A stretch of 63,921 nt of DNA, counting the filler, from Octopus bimaculoides (lineage: Eukaryota): NCBI RefSeq assembly GCF_001194135.2. It is 9 parts of 7 records of this genome, joined end to end, with 100 filler letters (N's around TTAATTAATTAA, not from the genome) between each part and the next. Parts side by side here need not be neighbours in the genome. Positions count along the whole stretch, not along the records: positions 9,423 to 17,002 come from NC_068984.1; positions 17,103 to 36,457 come from NC_068985.1; 7 more parts are not named here. One strand, given 5' to 3'. Position numbers and translations under genes: made by a program. The notes under the pieces were generated by a model that saw only the letters and a program-made list of their open reading frames with translations, had not been told where the DNA came from and ran no database searches. The number at the start of each line of letters is the position of its first letter. Position 1 is the stretch's first letter. Positions 12,763 through 26,239 of the stretch are shown piece by piece.

Positions 12763-14555
12763 AGTAATGCTAGATGTATTAAACGTCAAAATATAACGTA
12801 TATTTTTCCCATATCAATATGGCTACACTACTAAAGCAACAAATTAATGTCCGGAACCATTGTTAATTAATTAATTTATTTATTGCTGAAAAAGCCTTAG
12901 GGTTAACAGCCAGATAATTCCAAATCCAGCGGTAACGCATGTGGCACTCACTTCTTTTGTGGCACTCACTTATGTTGTGGTCCTCACAATGACAATTGGC
13001 ACAAGCACTAAAATTCTTACTTATTAGATAAAACGGAGAAATCAATTTATACATTTCGAAATGTGATTCTTTATTAAATATCATTAGATTGGCTGAATAG
13101 ATGTGAGAGAATCAGCATTCGGATTACGATGTCAGCTAACTGCGCTGTATATGAATGAATCTAAATGGGAAAAATATATTAATACTACTTTTACTAGTTT
13201 CAGTCATGGGACTGCAGCCATGTTAGGGATCGATAACATAAAGAATCAGTCGAGTTCTTTGATCGATTTAATTGCCTATTCTCATCGTTAAACCGTATGG
13301 CCTTGTGCCATTGTTGGAAATAAATCTTACAAAGGTAACGTCTGAATGTAATGAAACGAAGCAAGATCTATACACACAGACACACACACTGAGACACATT
13401 CAAACACATTCGTGCGCATGCTCACGCATACAAACACATACAAATTAGGACAAGCGATTATCATCGAAATAAAAAAAAGTTATTTTAGCTTTATAGATGT
13501 CAACAAAAATACTAAAAACTTTCCACAGCCAGTTGGGTGTACAAAATATATTACAATAGCTATAAGTAGACACCAGTTGAAAATAGCTTAGTCCAATAAT
13601 ATAATCGTATATTTTAATTGCTTTGTGGGAGTTTTTTTTTTTTCATTTCATGTTAATATATACATTTTTTTTTTTTGGCTTAGTTTTTAGTCTGCGATTC
13701 AATCAGAATAGGATCAAATTTAGCAATGAAGTCAATATTTATTCCTAAATAGAAGAAAACGTAGGAACAAAAAAACAGAACGCAGGAATGGAAGCTAATT
13801 AGAATCACATGAAATTAATTTCTGAGAGAAGTAATGTGTTCACCAGAGGCTAATTTTTAATTAAGGATTGCTTACTGGCAGCAAACAGACATGATGACTG
13901 TGGAACTCAGCACACTGAAAGTACCAACGACTTCATATCAACAGGGAAACAGCTACGATTTCTATCGATTATTCAGACAGCAATACGTCATGTTTCCCTC
14001 TGTTTTGTTTCAAGCTCTGATTTAATATATTTCTTATGCCGTTTGTCGCTGCCGATTAGGCTGGGCTGTTTTTTTGTTTTTGTTTTTGTTTTTTTCTGGA
14101 TTTTGTTCATATTGTTGTCGAAGTTTTTCCTCCTCGATTTGATATTAAAAGATGTTTCTTTTCTTTATCATCAATGGATCTGTAGCCTCGTGTTAACGAG
14201 AGTTCATTCGAGAGTCACTGAGATAACGTCATTAGAAAAAATACGCTAACCGGAAAAAAGATGAAGCCTCACCAGTATATAAAATAATCAAATAAGCAGA
14301 CGAGATGTTTGTAAGGTTTCCAGTCGATGCTGTCGTAGTTTTTATGTATCTATGTATGTCATAAGAAAGAAGATCATCTAGAGATACATCAGCTTTGAAT
14401 AGTAAATGTGCAGATAAGCAATTGGTTGTAAAATGGCAACATTGCACAGTTTAATTCAAAGTTCTATATTGTTCCAAAAATATTTGAAGCGGCTGTAGAA
14501 ACTAAATATTATATCTATGAGTATATGGGTAAGGTAATATTAGAATAGCTACTAT

Positions 14556-14855
14556 GGCGGCGAGCTGGCAGAAACGTTAGCACGCCGGGCGAAATACTTA
14601 GCGGTATCTCGTCTGTCGTTACGTTCTGAGTTCAAATTCCGCTGAGGTCGACAAGAATAATGGTCTTAGTGTTAAGGCGGCGAGTTGGTAAAGTCGTTAG
14701 CATGCCGGACAAAATGCTTGGTGGCGTTTCGTCCGTCCTGTCAGTCTGAGTTCAAATTCAGTCAATGTTGAATTTGCCTTTCATATTTTCGGGTTCGATA
14801 AAACAGATATCAGTAGATCACTAGGATCGATGTAATTGACTTACCCCTCCCCCTA
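14556..14855 (+). mobile_element. Two family B SINE copies (first truncated)
   Basis: GGCGGCGAGCTGGCAGAAACGTTAGCAC head at 14556 and a diverged head at about 14676. Confidence 0.8.
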
Positions 14856-16854
14856 TAGCGGTTTCATTTGGAAATACAGAGAAGCACAGGAAATATTTCA
14901 GATAAAAATCGATAGTTTAAGAGAAAAAGTGCAATCTGTGTTATAGCAAAAGATGTGCAGTTCGCCCTGTTTATTTGGTGGTAATTTACATATCGTAGTG
15001 CACAAATTGTACAATATTTGCATGAAAAACATCAGCTGTTAACATGCAAAGCTTTTGTATACAGAGATGGGGTTATAATTGTTTTGACGAAAAGTTTCAC
15101 ATGCACATATATACATGCACATGTGTGTATATAGTTATATGTATGCATACATATTAAAATAATGGTGAAGGTTGTATACGATAATCAACGGGAAGGGGCG
15201 AAATGTAGATATGGATTTCCTCAACTAACTTTTTATCCAAAGTCAATACGATTTCAGCGCCTAGGTTCAAGCAGAGCAAAAGAAGACGAGGATTACAACT
15301 AAAAACACACAAAACCAAAACGTAAGACTGGTACGAAAAACAACAATGACAATGAAGTGTCTTTCTACTTGAAACAGATACAAATGGAAAATGCTAGCGC
15401 AGAGGGTAATTAAAAACAGAATTTCGTCTGGATACAGCTTAATCAGAGAGAAATATTGCACATATGAAGGAATTTTGACTTTCTATTCTCTAGATTTATG
15501 CTTTTGTATTTTCGTTCCATGTTCAATCATTTTTTGTTATGGAGGGAAATCAATGATTTAAACATCTCTCACCATTTTCTCATTTTTTTTTTTTTTTTGT
15601 TTCTTCAAAGCACAATTTTAAATAATATTTGAGCATATTTGTTCGGAAAAAGGTATACGAAAGTCATGTAAAAATTTTCCAAATGTTGTATTGAAATGCA
15701 GTCTTTCTTTAAACATATTCTTTTACCGTCTGTAGAAATGTGAAAGACAAAGTTGACCTCGGTGAAATTTGAACTCAAAACCTAAAGCACTTTGCTGAGA
15801 ATGAAAGTAAATATATTCTTTAACTGCACGTTAACAGTTCTGCTACTGTAGTGTCCATACAGTGTTTCATAGATTGTAACATATAGAGAAATACGATGGT
15901 GCATGTTACACTTAAAATCAATTCGCCCATTTACGTCACTCAACTATTAAACATTAGAAAAAATGTAGGACACTTTCTTTGGAGGTTTTTGTTATGTTAA
16001 TTAACCAAACGTTTTTAATTTCTTCTTGACTTCAATTAAATCACAGAAAATATGGAGAAATAAAGAAATAAAATACTAAGATAATTGCGAATAGTCATTT
16101 CAGAATCTTTTAGTATCTTTTTACAAATTAGACAAAAATATCATTCAATCATATAGCATTGAAATAAGGTAGTGTGGAGTTTTAAAGAATTTATTGAATT
16201 TACTAATGAAATATCTGACAGAATTTTAGCTCAATTTCAAGCCGAGATTAAATGCACTTTTTTTTTATCTGCTGAGAAGTACCCTGCAATTTCCTAATTA
16301 GGGCGCGTTGTAGTGTTCGCAGCTTGATAATTAAAAACAATAAATTGGGGTGATCGAATCTGTTTCCTGATAATTAAAATCTATTTTAAGTTTTATTGAT
16401 TTGAACAGGTATTTAGACTGAACTGAGAAGGAATTATCGAACAAAAAAGATTAAATGCAGATCGCGTTAAACCATTTATTCCTGTTTTAGATGATTGAGA
16501 ATTATTTAGTATAACAATGGAAATAAATTGATCATTCAGTACAATTCTTTGTTTTAGAAATGCTTTCGTGGAATTATTTTTGAATCATTTAATATTCTTG
16601 TCACGAATCGCAGATACGAATCGCAGATGGTAACTATGTCAGAATATTCTTTGAAAGGTTGCAGGTTAGTATGGAGGTACAGAACTTGTTTCTCTGTCTA
16701 AGACATCTTAAATTTGAAAATTCAATGCATAAAATTGTAAACATGTAAAGCGGGTAACTATAGACCACTGCTGGATAGATTGGTCACAAAAGCAAATATA
16801 TGTTGATGCACTTGTCTCCGTAAGGGCTGTTTTTTTTTTTTCTTTCAAAGTCTA

Positions 16855-17002
16855 GCCAAGCTCATGGGCCCGGTTTCCCGGTTTCTGTGGCGTGTGTTCC
16901 TCCCAGCTGGACGGGACGCCAGTCCATCGCAGCGGTACTCAAGAAACAGGAAGAAAGAGTGAGAGAAAGTTGGGGCGAAAGAGTACAACAGGGGTCGCCA
17001 CC
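16855..17002 (-). mobile_element. Family A SINE variant with a V-domain-like 3' part
   Basis: Shares GGCGACCCCTGTTGTACTCTTT...CTTTCTCTCACTCTT..TTCCTGTTTCT with 1-370, then continues GCGATGGACTGGCGTCCCGTCCAG...CAGAAACCGGGAAACCGGGCCCATGAGC. Confidence 0.7.
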
Positions 17003-17102
17003 NNNNNNNNNNNNNNNNNNNNNNNNNNNNNNNNNNNNNNNNNNNNTTAATTAATTAANNNNNNNNNNNNNNNNNNNNNNNNNNNNNNNNNNNNNNNNNN
17101 NN

Positions 17103-17149
<47 letters not shown>

Positions 17150-19399
17150 CTGTGCGTGCATAATCATAAACGTATGCAAGCACGCACATACACACACACT
17201 ATTGTATTCGTGTTAGTCAATGGACTTTGGACTTTGATCATGTTGGGACATTAATTTCCAGGCTCTAGTGCGACGTTCAAGTCGTACATTTTTTTCCACA
17301 ACACTGCTATATATTTTTTCATCCTCATTACTTCAGACAGCTGATTTGCGGAAATATAAGTTATCCTGCACCGGTGTACACTCGGTGACAAATAAGCAAA
17401 AATAGATAGATAGACAGATAGATACATGAATACATACAAATACACACACAAGTCTTCCGAGCGGGATAGTTTTCAAAATAGGTTTGCAAGCGTTTTAGCT
17501 TTACAAAATTCCAACGACCCAACTCTTCTTGATCACAAAATAACCAATTAATAGCGACTAAAATATTTCACACATCCTATCCTAAATAAAGTAAAAAAAG
17601 AATGAAACGCTCGATATCTTCACACTAATTTCAATGCATCCTGGTAAAACATCGACAACCGGAATTCCTTTTACTATAGATCTGACCGATGATAGTTAAC
17701 GTAGTTTAGACAGTAGCGCCAACAACAACAGCAGCATGATAGTAACTACTTGCTTATTATGTTATTCATTTGTGTTTGAAGGGATGTATGAAGCAGAGTA
17801 AATAAATGTTCTAACAATCGTAATGATATGCTACCAGTAAAAAAAAAAAAACATTCAAAATGATTGTTTTCATTCCATGTCAAAATAATTATCTTTGCTC
17901 ATTAAAAGTTCCTGGAAAAATAACTCTAACACGTCATATTATTGGCTTTCTGGGGAGGAATGTCAGCTAAATATATCTGCTATGTGAATTCATTAAATAA
18001 TAGATTCATTGTTATTCTCTGTCGTGACATGTTACTGATACGCTTATAAACAATGTTTATGTGTTCAATTTTGGTTAATGACTTCACATGTTTATTTTAT
18101 AGATTTAATACACACATTAGCACATCAAAATATTTGTTATAAGCGGACAAATACTTGAACTTATAATGAAATTTGTTACTAGACTCATTTCTGCAATAAA
18201 TCAAAGTTTTACTTACGTGATATCACTTACAGCTACGCTTATTGATATACCTGCAATATTTGTAGAGCAATATATATATATATATATATATGATATTTAT
18301 AAATATTTTTTGAGAATAGAGATTCATTAGTGCTATGTAATTTTCCTCAAATTCACGTTCCGTTTTGTAGTACGGAAGTATTATTAAATAGATAAATATT
18401 TGAAAAATACGAGTAGGCAATCAAAAGATTATAATTGTGATATAATTTAATATTCAAACTAAATGAAAATACTATAGAATATATATTTCGAGAAATTTTA
18501 CAAACGATTCGATATTACATGAAATCGTATATCGATAAATTATTCTTTACAAGTCACAGAATTCATAAATATGCTGCTAGAAATTATAAATTAAAGATGG
18601 AAATTTTATGTGAAAGTGCAATATGTATATTTTGCCATTCTATGCTGTTAACAAGCAAGCTACCAGTATTAGAAATACTCACCTTAATTTCTATTCTAAA
18701 TGAATGACGTAAGAGACTTCGGTAATTGCATATTTCCAGTCACCTAGACTATAATTTATTTCAACCTTGATAGAAATAAGTCAGCATTTTATGATGAAGT
18801 GGTCAATAAAATTTCTAATTGATTATATATGAAGAAAATTGGAGAAAAGAAAAAAACTACGTACTTATTCTTTGCGACTTAAATTGGTGAAATTTTTGAA
18901 TAAGTGTTGGCAATCAAAGCTGGATTTAATCAAAGAGTTAAATTTAGATAGCAGTTGATATGCAATAATAAAAGTGTGATATCCAATATAGAATACGTTT
19001 GAAAAAGAAAGACCTGCTCTATTTTACTGTGAAAGTTTATTCTGGACATAATAATTTATCTCCAAATCTTTGTTTCTCTGCAAACATTTCACAAAAGAAG
19101 TATAATAAATTTATTCAATAAATTTTTCGCATCGGATTTTCTATTCCATCTAATTTGTAACTATTAAGGCTCCACCATTGTTGCTTACTGGAATTTCATA
19201 TCTACATATATTTCTATTAAAAAGTATCGAAATGTATTCCCTCACAACATGCCAGGGACCATATCATACACTTCGGGTGCGAAAATATCATCCGTTATGT
19301 CAAATAACAAGGCTACTAACCTTGGTAATATCCCGTTCTTTACAGTGAAATATTGTGCTCCAGAGAATGCTAATATACTTACTACTAAGTTATTTAATT

Positions 19400-19900
19400 A
19401 TTCACCCTTTACAGAGGCTTATACCCCTTTTTGGAAGCACACTAAACTTGCATGAAAACTAACAGCTCTAACACTATCATCATGCTGTCAATTTATTCAG
19501 TATCTCAGATGTAACAAAAGCAGTAAGATTCTTCAGAATTTCAAATCTGTCACACATTCCTTTAATGAACACGTATATAATTTTATCTGAACCACATCTA
19601 TGGGAAACATATTCCGTTATATTTTCAGTTATAGGCCTTGACCTGAAGGAATTTTAATGAAAACTATGATGCGCTAGATATCAACAAAGATTTGGAAAGT
19701 GGTTTGCATGTCAATTGCAACTATGGTGTCCATCATTCTAGCTTTTCTTGCACACACACACCGCAATGGTCTGATCAAATATGTTGACACCAAGTATCAA
19801 CATATTTATCAGACTTTTGCGGTGTGTGTTGACTGCGCTCTTTTTGAACCACATTTACTCAACTCGGGTATTTCTGGGGTTTTAGCTTTGATACCAGTCC
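19400..19900 (+). mobile_element. Highly decayed LINE (CR1/L2-like) RT C-terminal remnant
   Basis: LMNTYIILSEPHLW weakly resembles the L..LY...VRPHLEY segment; many stops. Confidence 0.25.
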
Positions 19901-20212
19901 TTTTCTATATGTATTGATTACCGAATTATTTCCGCTTAGAAGACGCTTAGGTTCACATTTACATATATACATATATACATACATAAATAATACATACATA
20001 CATACATATATGCATACATACATACATACGCACGTATGTATGTATGTACATACGTGTGTATGTCATTGTTCAGTTATATTTCCAGATTTCTTGCCGATAG
20101 ACAAAGGGCCGATAGACAAAGGGCCGATATCTAACCTAGATTCAAGATTCCCGCATTGGAATTTCAACATCAACAGCAGGGTATTATTATTGTTTTGTAT
20201 GTGTGTATGTAT

Positions 20213-20246
<34 letters not shown>

Positions 20247-20553
20247 TGTATGTATGTATGTAGGTAGGTAGGTAGGTATGCGTTCAGATCTTTATGTTTT
20301 GCTTTATGTGTGTATTCTCATGCATATAGTCGCATATCTAGACATGCGCATATATATATATATATATNNNNNNNNNNNNNNNNNNNNNNNNNNNNNNNNN
20401 NNNNNNNNNNNNNNNNNNNNNNNNNNNNNNNNNNNNNNNNNNNNNNNNNNNNNNNNNNNNNNNNNNNNNNNNNNNNNNNNNNNNNNNNNNNNNNNNNNNN
20501 NNNNNNNNNNNNNNNNNNNNNNNNNNNNNNNNNNNNNNNNNNNNNNNNNNNNG

Positions 20554-23500
20554 ATTTTTACAGTTCCAGTGGTGGATTGGATCTATAGTCTTCGAATTAA
20601 CTTTCTCCATTCTGGTCTTGAAGAACATAATTTCTCAAGATTGGTATTTAGGCTATGTGTTATACATTCAAGGCCCCAAAATTACAGGTATAAACCTGAA
20701 CTTGTAATCTGGATAGAGTTACTGCAAATTCCATAATATTTCAGCGTAGGTGTTCCGTTTTTCACTGATCTTCAGTTTTATGTTAATATCTGCTGGGCAG
20801 CTAATTCCACAACTGTACACAGTTCTCTTCTCTAACCCAAATCATTATATAAGGTCTTTTGTGCATACATTATATTGAGGTCTTCACTGGGACATTCCAC
20901 CAGTACTCCATTTTATTGTGAGTGGCTATGGCCTCTACTATCCTGTGGGTTCAAAATTCTTTGTCCTCGGGGTTATCCTTCCGACGGATTTCATTATAGA
21001 GCTTCCTAGCTACAACACCATGTCCCATCGATAGATAATACAGTGATGACATTTTTGGGCAACTGCTTATGATGTGGGTGATATCTTCAGTGTTAACTCC
21101 ACAAAATCTACATCGGTTGTCACATTTTACGGCTTTACCCGCATCTCTATCCTTTTTGTGCATCAGGTACTTGGTTGATATTTCCTGTTCTTGGATTGCA
21201 AACGCATACCCATGAAAGTGGGCGGTAGTAATCCGGCTATTGGTCCATGATAGACTGCTTTCATGATCAATGTTACTATCATCGAGCTTTCTCTTCACAT
21301 GCCCATGCTGATAGAGACACATCCTGTCATCTCGTGATCCGTTGCGCTAGAGTGATGGGACTCGTTGGGCTTTTATTTCAGGTTATCAGACAAAAAATGT
21401 TACTCAATGAGTTGCCTTTCAAGTCTTATAATGTTATCAATCTCATGTATGCAAACTTGGTCAAGGGATGGACTTGCTGGTTAAAACATGTTGCTGAAGG
21501 GATATGATGCGACATTCAAAGGCATTTTGAATCGATGTTAAACTCTGCCGCCTTGTTTACGTTTTAGGTAGAGGAGGTCTACATCACTGTTTATGTGGAA
21601 ATTATGTGTGTTTGTCAGTATATTTCGGGTTTTCACATCAATGGGTCGGATCTCATTAAGCATCCAAAGAAACAGCCCAAATATTGGTCTGAGTACTGGC
21701 ACTGCAAGCGCATTGTGGGCCACTGTTTTATTGAATGCAGAGTGTTCTGAGTTTCAAAGTTTCTTTATTCGGCTTTATTCTTTATTCGACTTTATTCTTT
21801 AGAAGCAAATGTTTTGTTACAGGTGCCACTGTAAGATATATTTTGATCCGCCCCTAGATACCTGTAACATTCCTCGTCAGACATGGGAGTAACAGTCACA
21901 TCATTGATGGAGATGTTATTAATCTGGTTTATAGTTTCACCCGTTTCACAACCATATAACAACATATATCATGACCAAACTCCTTTCAGAATTTTGTAAC
22001 TAGGTCAAGATTTTTTGCGTCGCATGCAAAATCCTTGCATAAAGTTTTAAGTCATCCACAAAGAAAAAGTGTATAATTTTGGTATTTCTTATTCCTTTTG
22101 AACAAGTGAGATATCCTTCGGATGTCCTTAATATGAATGACAAGGGGTTTACAGAAAGTATAAACAACATCACAGAGAGGCTGTCACATTAGAATATGCC
22201 ATTGCGATATTGTATTCTATCAGTGATAATACAGTCGCTCTTTCTCTTTCATTTGAAGATGGTGGCCCACGATGTAGTCAGATCAGTTATGGCTTTGACT
22301 ATTCTCACTAGAACTCTTGCAAGTGGAAAGGTTTCTAGCATCCATGTGTGTGGAATAGAATCAAAGTCTTTCTTATACTCTAACCACATTGAAACAAGGT
22401 TGCTCCTATGCTCTCTCATCTCTGACATCCCTTTTTTTAAATTTAAATTGCTTGGCATAACTCCAAATTTCCTTCTTCCCAGCTTATTGTTCTTCTAATA
22501 AAGTTATTGGTTTCACAATGGTCCTGGTAGAAGAGGCTTAAGCATGCTGTATATATTTTATGCATTACGTTCTGGTATGCAACTTCCCAGTAGTTTTTTG
22601 CCATGTGGGTGCGTCTACATTTGGGGATCAATTTTGTCTCTGCAAGAGATAACCAGTTTGCTATGTTACTGTTCCCATTGAGAGTTTGCTGGCACATATT
22701 CATAAGATTTGGTCGGTACCTATATCCAACAATCAAGTCTCTTCCAGGTGCCTCTTCATCTTAGAATTTCTGAATCACAGTTGCAAGAGTTTCACCAACA
22801 ATGTTGTTTGTCTTGGGTGTAGCGCAGGAGCAATAACTTCTTTGGATTTCTTCCAGCCACAGAGCATCTTGGTTAAATCTCTTCTTTTCACTCCAGATTT
22901 TGCTCCAGAAGGAGTCTATGTCTTCTCGTAAAGGAGCTTCTATGATGTTCAGCGCGCCATCTCTCATGTCCCTCTATACCACTGCCTGGTACCGGTGAAA
23001 TTTTTTGTTTATTTTTCTTCTCTCAGTTATTCCCTTCTAATGTCAGAGTATTGCACAGGTAGCTTTTAGGTCCTTCTGGAGGGTAATCATTTTTCAAGTG
23101 ACTGTCCTGTTTCGCTGTCTCCAAACATCATTTCTATCGCCTTGTTTACTTTTTGTTGGAAGGACATATAGTGATTTGCTTGTTTGCGCGCTATAAGCAT
23201 CATTACATGACTTATGATCTTCCGTAAACCAGTTATCTTTTTCTCTGTCTTCAAAACCCATAATGGTACTTTCTTTTTGTTCGGTTTTGTTACTTTTTGA
23301 ATGCCATTCATGTACTGCTTTTCCTAATGGCCAGAACTTATAGACAAGCGCTAAACTATCAGGGTGTGGGCTCATCACACTGTTGTAGATACTCATCACC
23401 AATTTCGTTTACAGATTTTAACACCGTATATGAAGGTTTTTTACTTACTTTCGTGGAGAATATTCTCTCTTCGAGAGAGTACTTCAAAGCTAAAGTTATT

Positions 23501-23870
23501 TTTTCTCGGAAAATGTCAGTAATGGCATATCACCGGCATATAACCCTGACTATCAATACTGCTTCAGTAATCGTCGCGTTTGTGTCTGCTACTCACCATA
23601 GTTGTAGTTGGGGGACAGTGGTCAGTTACTTGAGCCAGTAATGCAGTTTGGTTGGCAAGCAGTATGGAATTTGTCCGAATGTCGCTAGCTGCGAAACCAC
23701 GTTTACTATTTCATTAATAGAGTTGGGAGGAAGGTTAGTTACAGTTATTAACCTGCTTCCTATTTTCTACAAATGTTGCTTGCTAGCGTAGATGCTTCGC
23801 AGTAAAATTATTTAATTTTGGCTGCCGATAGTCCCAATATGATTTCAATCGATCCATATATACAACAGCT
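20554..23870 (-). mobile_element. Near full-length decayed R4/Dong-like non-LTR retrotransposon (RT + CCHC + restriction-like endonuclease)
   Basis: HFFFVDDLKLYA (RT active site, about 22035-22070); KGDSLSVMLFILSVNPLS; WLEYKKDFDSIPHTW; CRFCGVNTEDITHIISSC zinc knuckle; RLE-like HKRPY..IW...SCPADINI..K..EK; many stops and frameshifts. Confidence 0.85.
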
Positions 23871-23949
23871 ATGTATGTATGTATGTATGTATGTATGTAT
23901 GTATGTATGTATGTATGTATGCATGTATGTATTCGACTTCGTTCCTCTC

Positions 23950-24240
23950 TAACCTTCACAGTCGCTCAAGACCATCACATGCCAAACCTGCAATGATTCA
24001 ATGAACGGAAACCACTAAGGTCCATGTATAAAAGCCAGATTTCGCGAGAAGATATCGTCCACACACATATTGTATCACAATTCCTCTTGAGTTTCTGCAG
24101 CCATTACATTTGACTCCTACTTACGGAGCGAAAGCTTCAAGGCAGCATGCTCTGTTGGCTTTTCCTTAAACGGCGCTGCATCTGCACTTGATAATATCTC
24201 TCCATGACCTTCGATTTTCAGCCAATGTCTCCCGGATATT
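23950..24240 (-). mobile_element. RTE-clade LINE 3' fragment
   Basis: NIRETLAENRRSWRDII...LKLSLRK resembles the RTE ORF C-terminus (WETLA.NR..WR). Confidence 0.55.
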
Positions 24241-24244
24241 ATAA

Positions 24245-26185
24245 TGATAAAAATAATGAAATAATTGTGTATAGTGCTCAGGTGCACTACAGCTCATGAA
24301 AGGTGCATGTACAGTACATTGAATGATGTACAAAAGTCAGGAAACTGAGTATGAGTCATGATATAAATGTGAGCATGCGTATGGAGTGGGAGGGTATCAG
24401 GTGTAGAGTTGACGAATTTCAGGAGGCATGGAGGTTTTAAAAGATGCAATGTCACTGCAACTGACAACCAATGCATGTAGTTTGTTCCATGCTTCAGCAA
24501 CTCAGTGTGTGAAAAAATGTTTCGGAAGTTATGGGTGCTGTACTGTTTTCTGACTTTGTAGGCACGTTCACATGTATTAGACACATAGAGCTCAAAAAGG
24601 TGCTCAAGGTGGTTGTTGGTACGATGGATAATAATTTTTGGGGTATTTACTAAGCCACTTGCGAGACGTCGGATCTTCAATATATCTATGCCTAGAGGAG
24701 GAAGAGTATGGCAGAGGCCTGATGAAGAGAATTCGTTTGGTTGCACGTCTCTGAAAAGTTTCAATGAGGTCAATGTCCTGAGCGAGACAGGGGTTCCAGA
24801 TTGGTGGTACAGTCCCATTGCGTGACACCTTAGCCAAGTGTCTTCTACTATAGCCTCGAGCCGACCAAAGCCTTGTGAGTGGATTTGGCAGAAGGAAACT
24901 GAAAGAAGCACGTCGTATATATATNNNNNNNNNNNNNNNNNNNNNNNNNNNNNNNNNNNNNNNNNNNNNNNNNNNNNNNNNNNNNNNNNNNNNNNNNNNN
25001 NNNNNNNNNNNNNNNNNNNNNNNNNNNNNNNNNNNNNNNNNNNNNNNNNNNNNNNNNNNNNNNNNNNNNNNNNNNNNNNNNNNNNNNNNNNNNNNNNNNN
25101 NNNNNNNNNNNNNNNNNNNNNNNNNNNNNNNATATGCGTGTGTGTGTATATGTTTGTGTGTCTGTGTTTGTCCCCCCAACATCGCTTGACAACCGATGCT
25201 GGTGTATTTACGTCTCCGTAAGGTAGCGGTTCAGGAAAAGATATCGATACAATAAGTACTATGCTTACAAAGTCCTGAGGTCGATTTGCTCAACTAAAGG
25301 TGGTACTCCAGCATGGCTGCAGTCAAATGACTGAAATAAGTAAAAGAGAGTATATACAGCCTTGAATTGATAGCTGGAGAGCTGCTGACAAAGGACTAGC
25401 TGAGTTTTGCCAAGACACCCTCAGCCTTCTTAGCAATTTTAGAGATGTGAATTGTCTAGTGCAAATCGCTGCTGACAGTAAAGCCCTGGTCACATTCACA
25501 AGAAAACTTCTTGATAAAAAGTGTTGTGGAGAGACTAACTGAATGCTGGGTTTTTCCTCCCAAAATGCATGGTAGAACACTTGTCCACAACCAGCTTGAT
25601 TTGCCAGTCCTTGGTCCATTGTTGCATCTTTTCCATTTACAGTTATCTCAAGGTACAGCTTGAGGTTATCTGCATATTTCAGCACAGTTGGCGTCTATGT
25701 CATTAATGTATGCAACAAACAAAGGAGGACTAAGAACAGATCCCTGCGGTACACCAGAATACACCTCATACAGTGAAAAAAGCTGTTTTAGAACCGTGAC
25801 TACCTATTTTTGCCTGAGAATGAAGGATTCCAACAAGTTAAAAAGATCATCTTTCACACCTATTGCAGAAAGTTTTGCCACAAGCTTTACCAAAATCTAG
25901 GTAAATGACATCCACCCAAGAGCCGCTATCAGTGACCCGAGTGATGTTTTCAAGAAACTCGATAAGTTGATCACAGCAGCTGACGTTTAGGATAAATCGA
26001 AATTGCCAGAGCCGGATAAGGCTGTGAGAAATCCAGAAGCTCCTGAGTGTTTCTCTAACACAAAATTCCATCAGTTTGGCAATGCAGTTAGTAAGACTGA
26101 CTGAACGATATTTGAAAGGCTACGTGCGGTCAACGTTTTTGAACAGAGGAATGACACTGCCTGTAGAGTTAAGTTTCGGTCCTTT
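24245..26185 (-). mobile_element. 5'-truncated CR1-clade LINE (RT domain to 3' UTR), interrupted by a SINE
   Basis: VIPLFK...YRSVSLTNCIAKLME, VDVIYLDFGKA, GVPQGSVLSPPLFVAYINDI, LKYADNLKLY; C-terminal HLFELYVSNT..AYKVRKQ and a 3' tail ending in ATT repeats at about 24245. Confidence 0.88.
24790..25350 (+). mobile_element. Family C CORE-type SINE nested antisense in the CR1
   Basis: Head, (TA)n plus gap, and conserved tail as in 10441-10854. Confidence 0.85.
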
Positions 26186-26239
26186 TCTAATTTTAGTCCT
26201 GTTCTAATTTTGTTAATGTACGGGAGCTTTGTTAATGTA

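Noticed and set aside
18500-18800. Possible hAT dimerisation-domain remnant
   Set aside because: Resemblance is limited to a few residues in very AT-rich sequence with stops.
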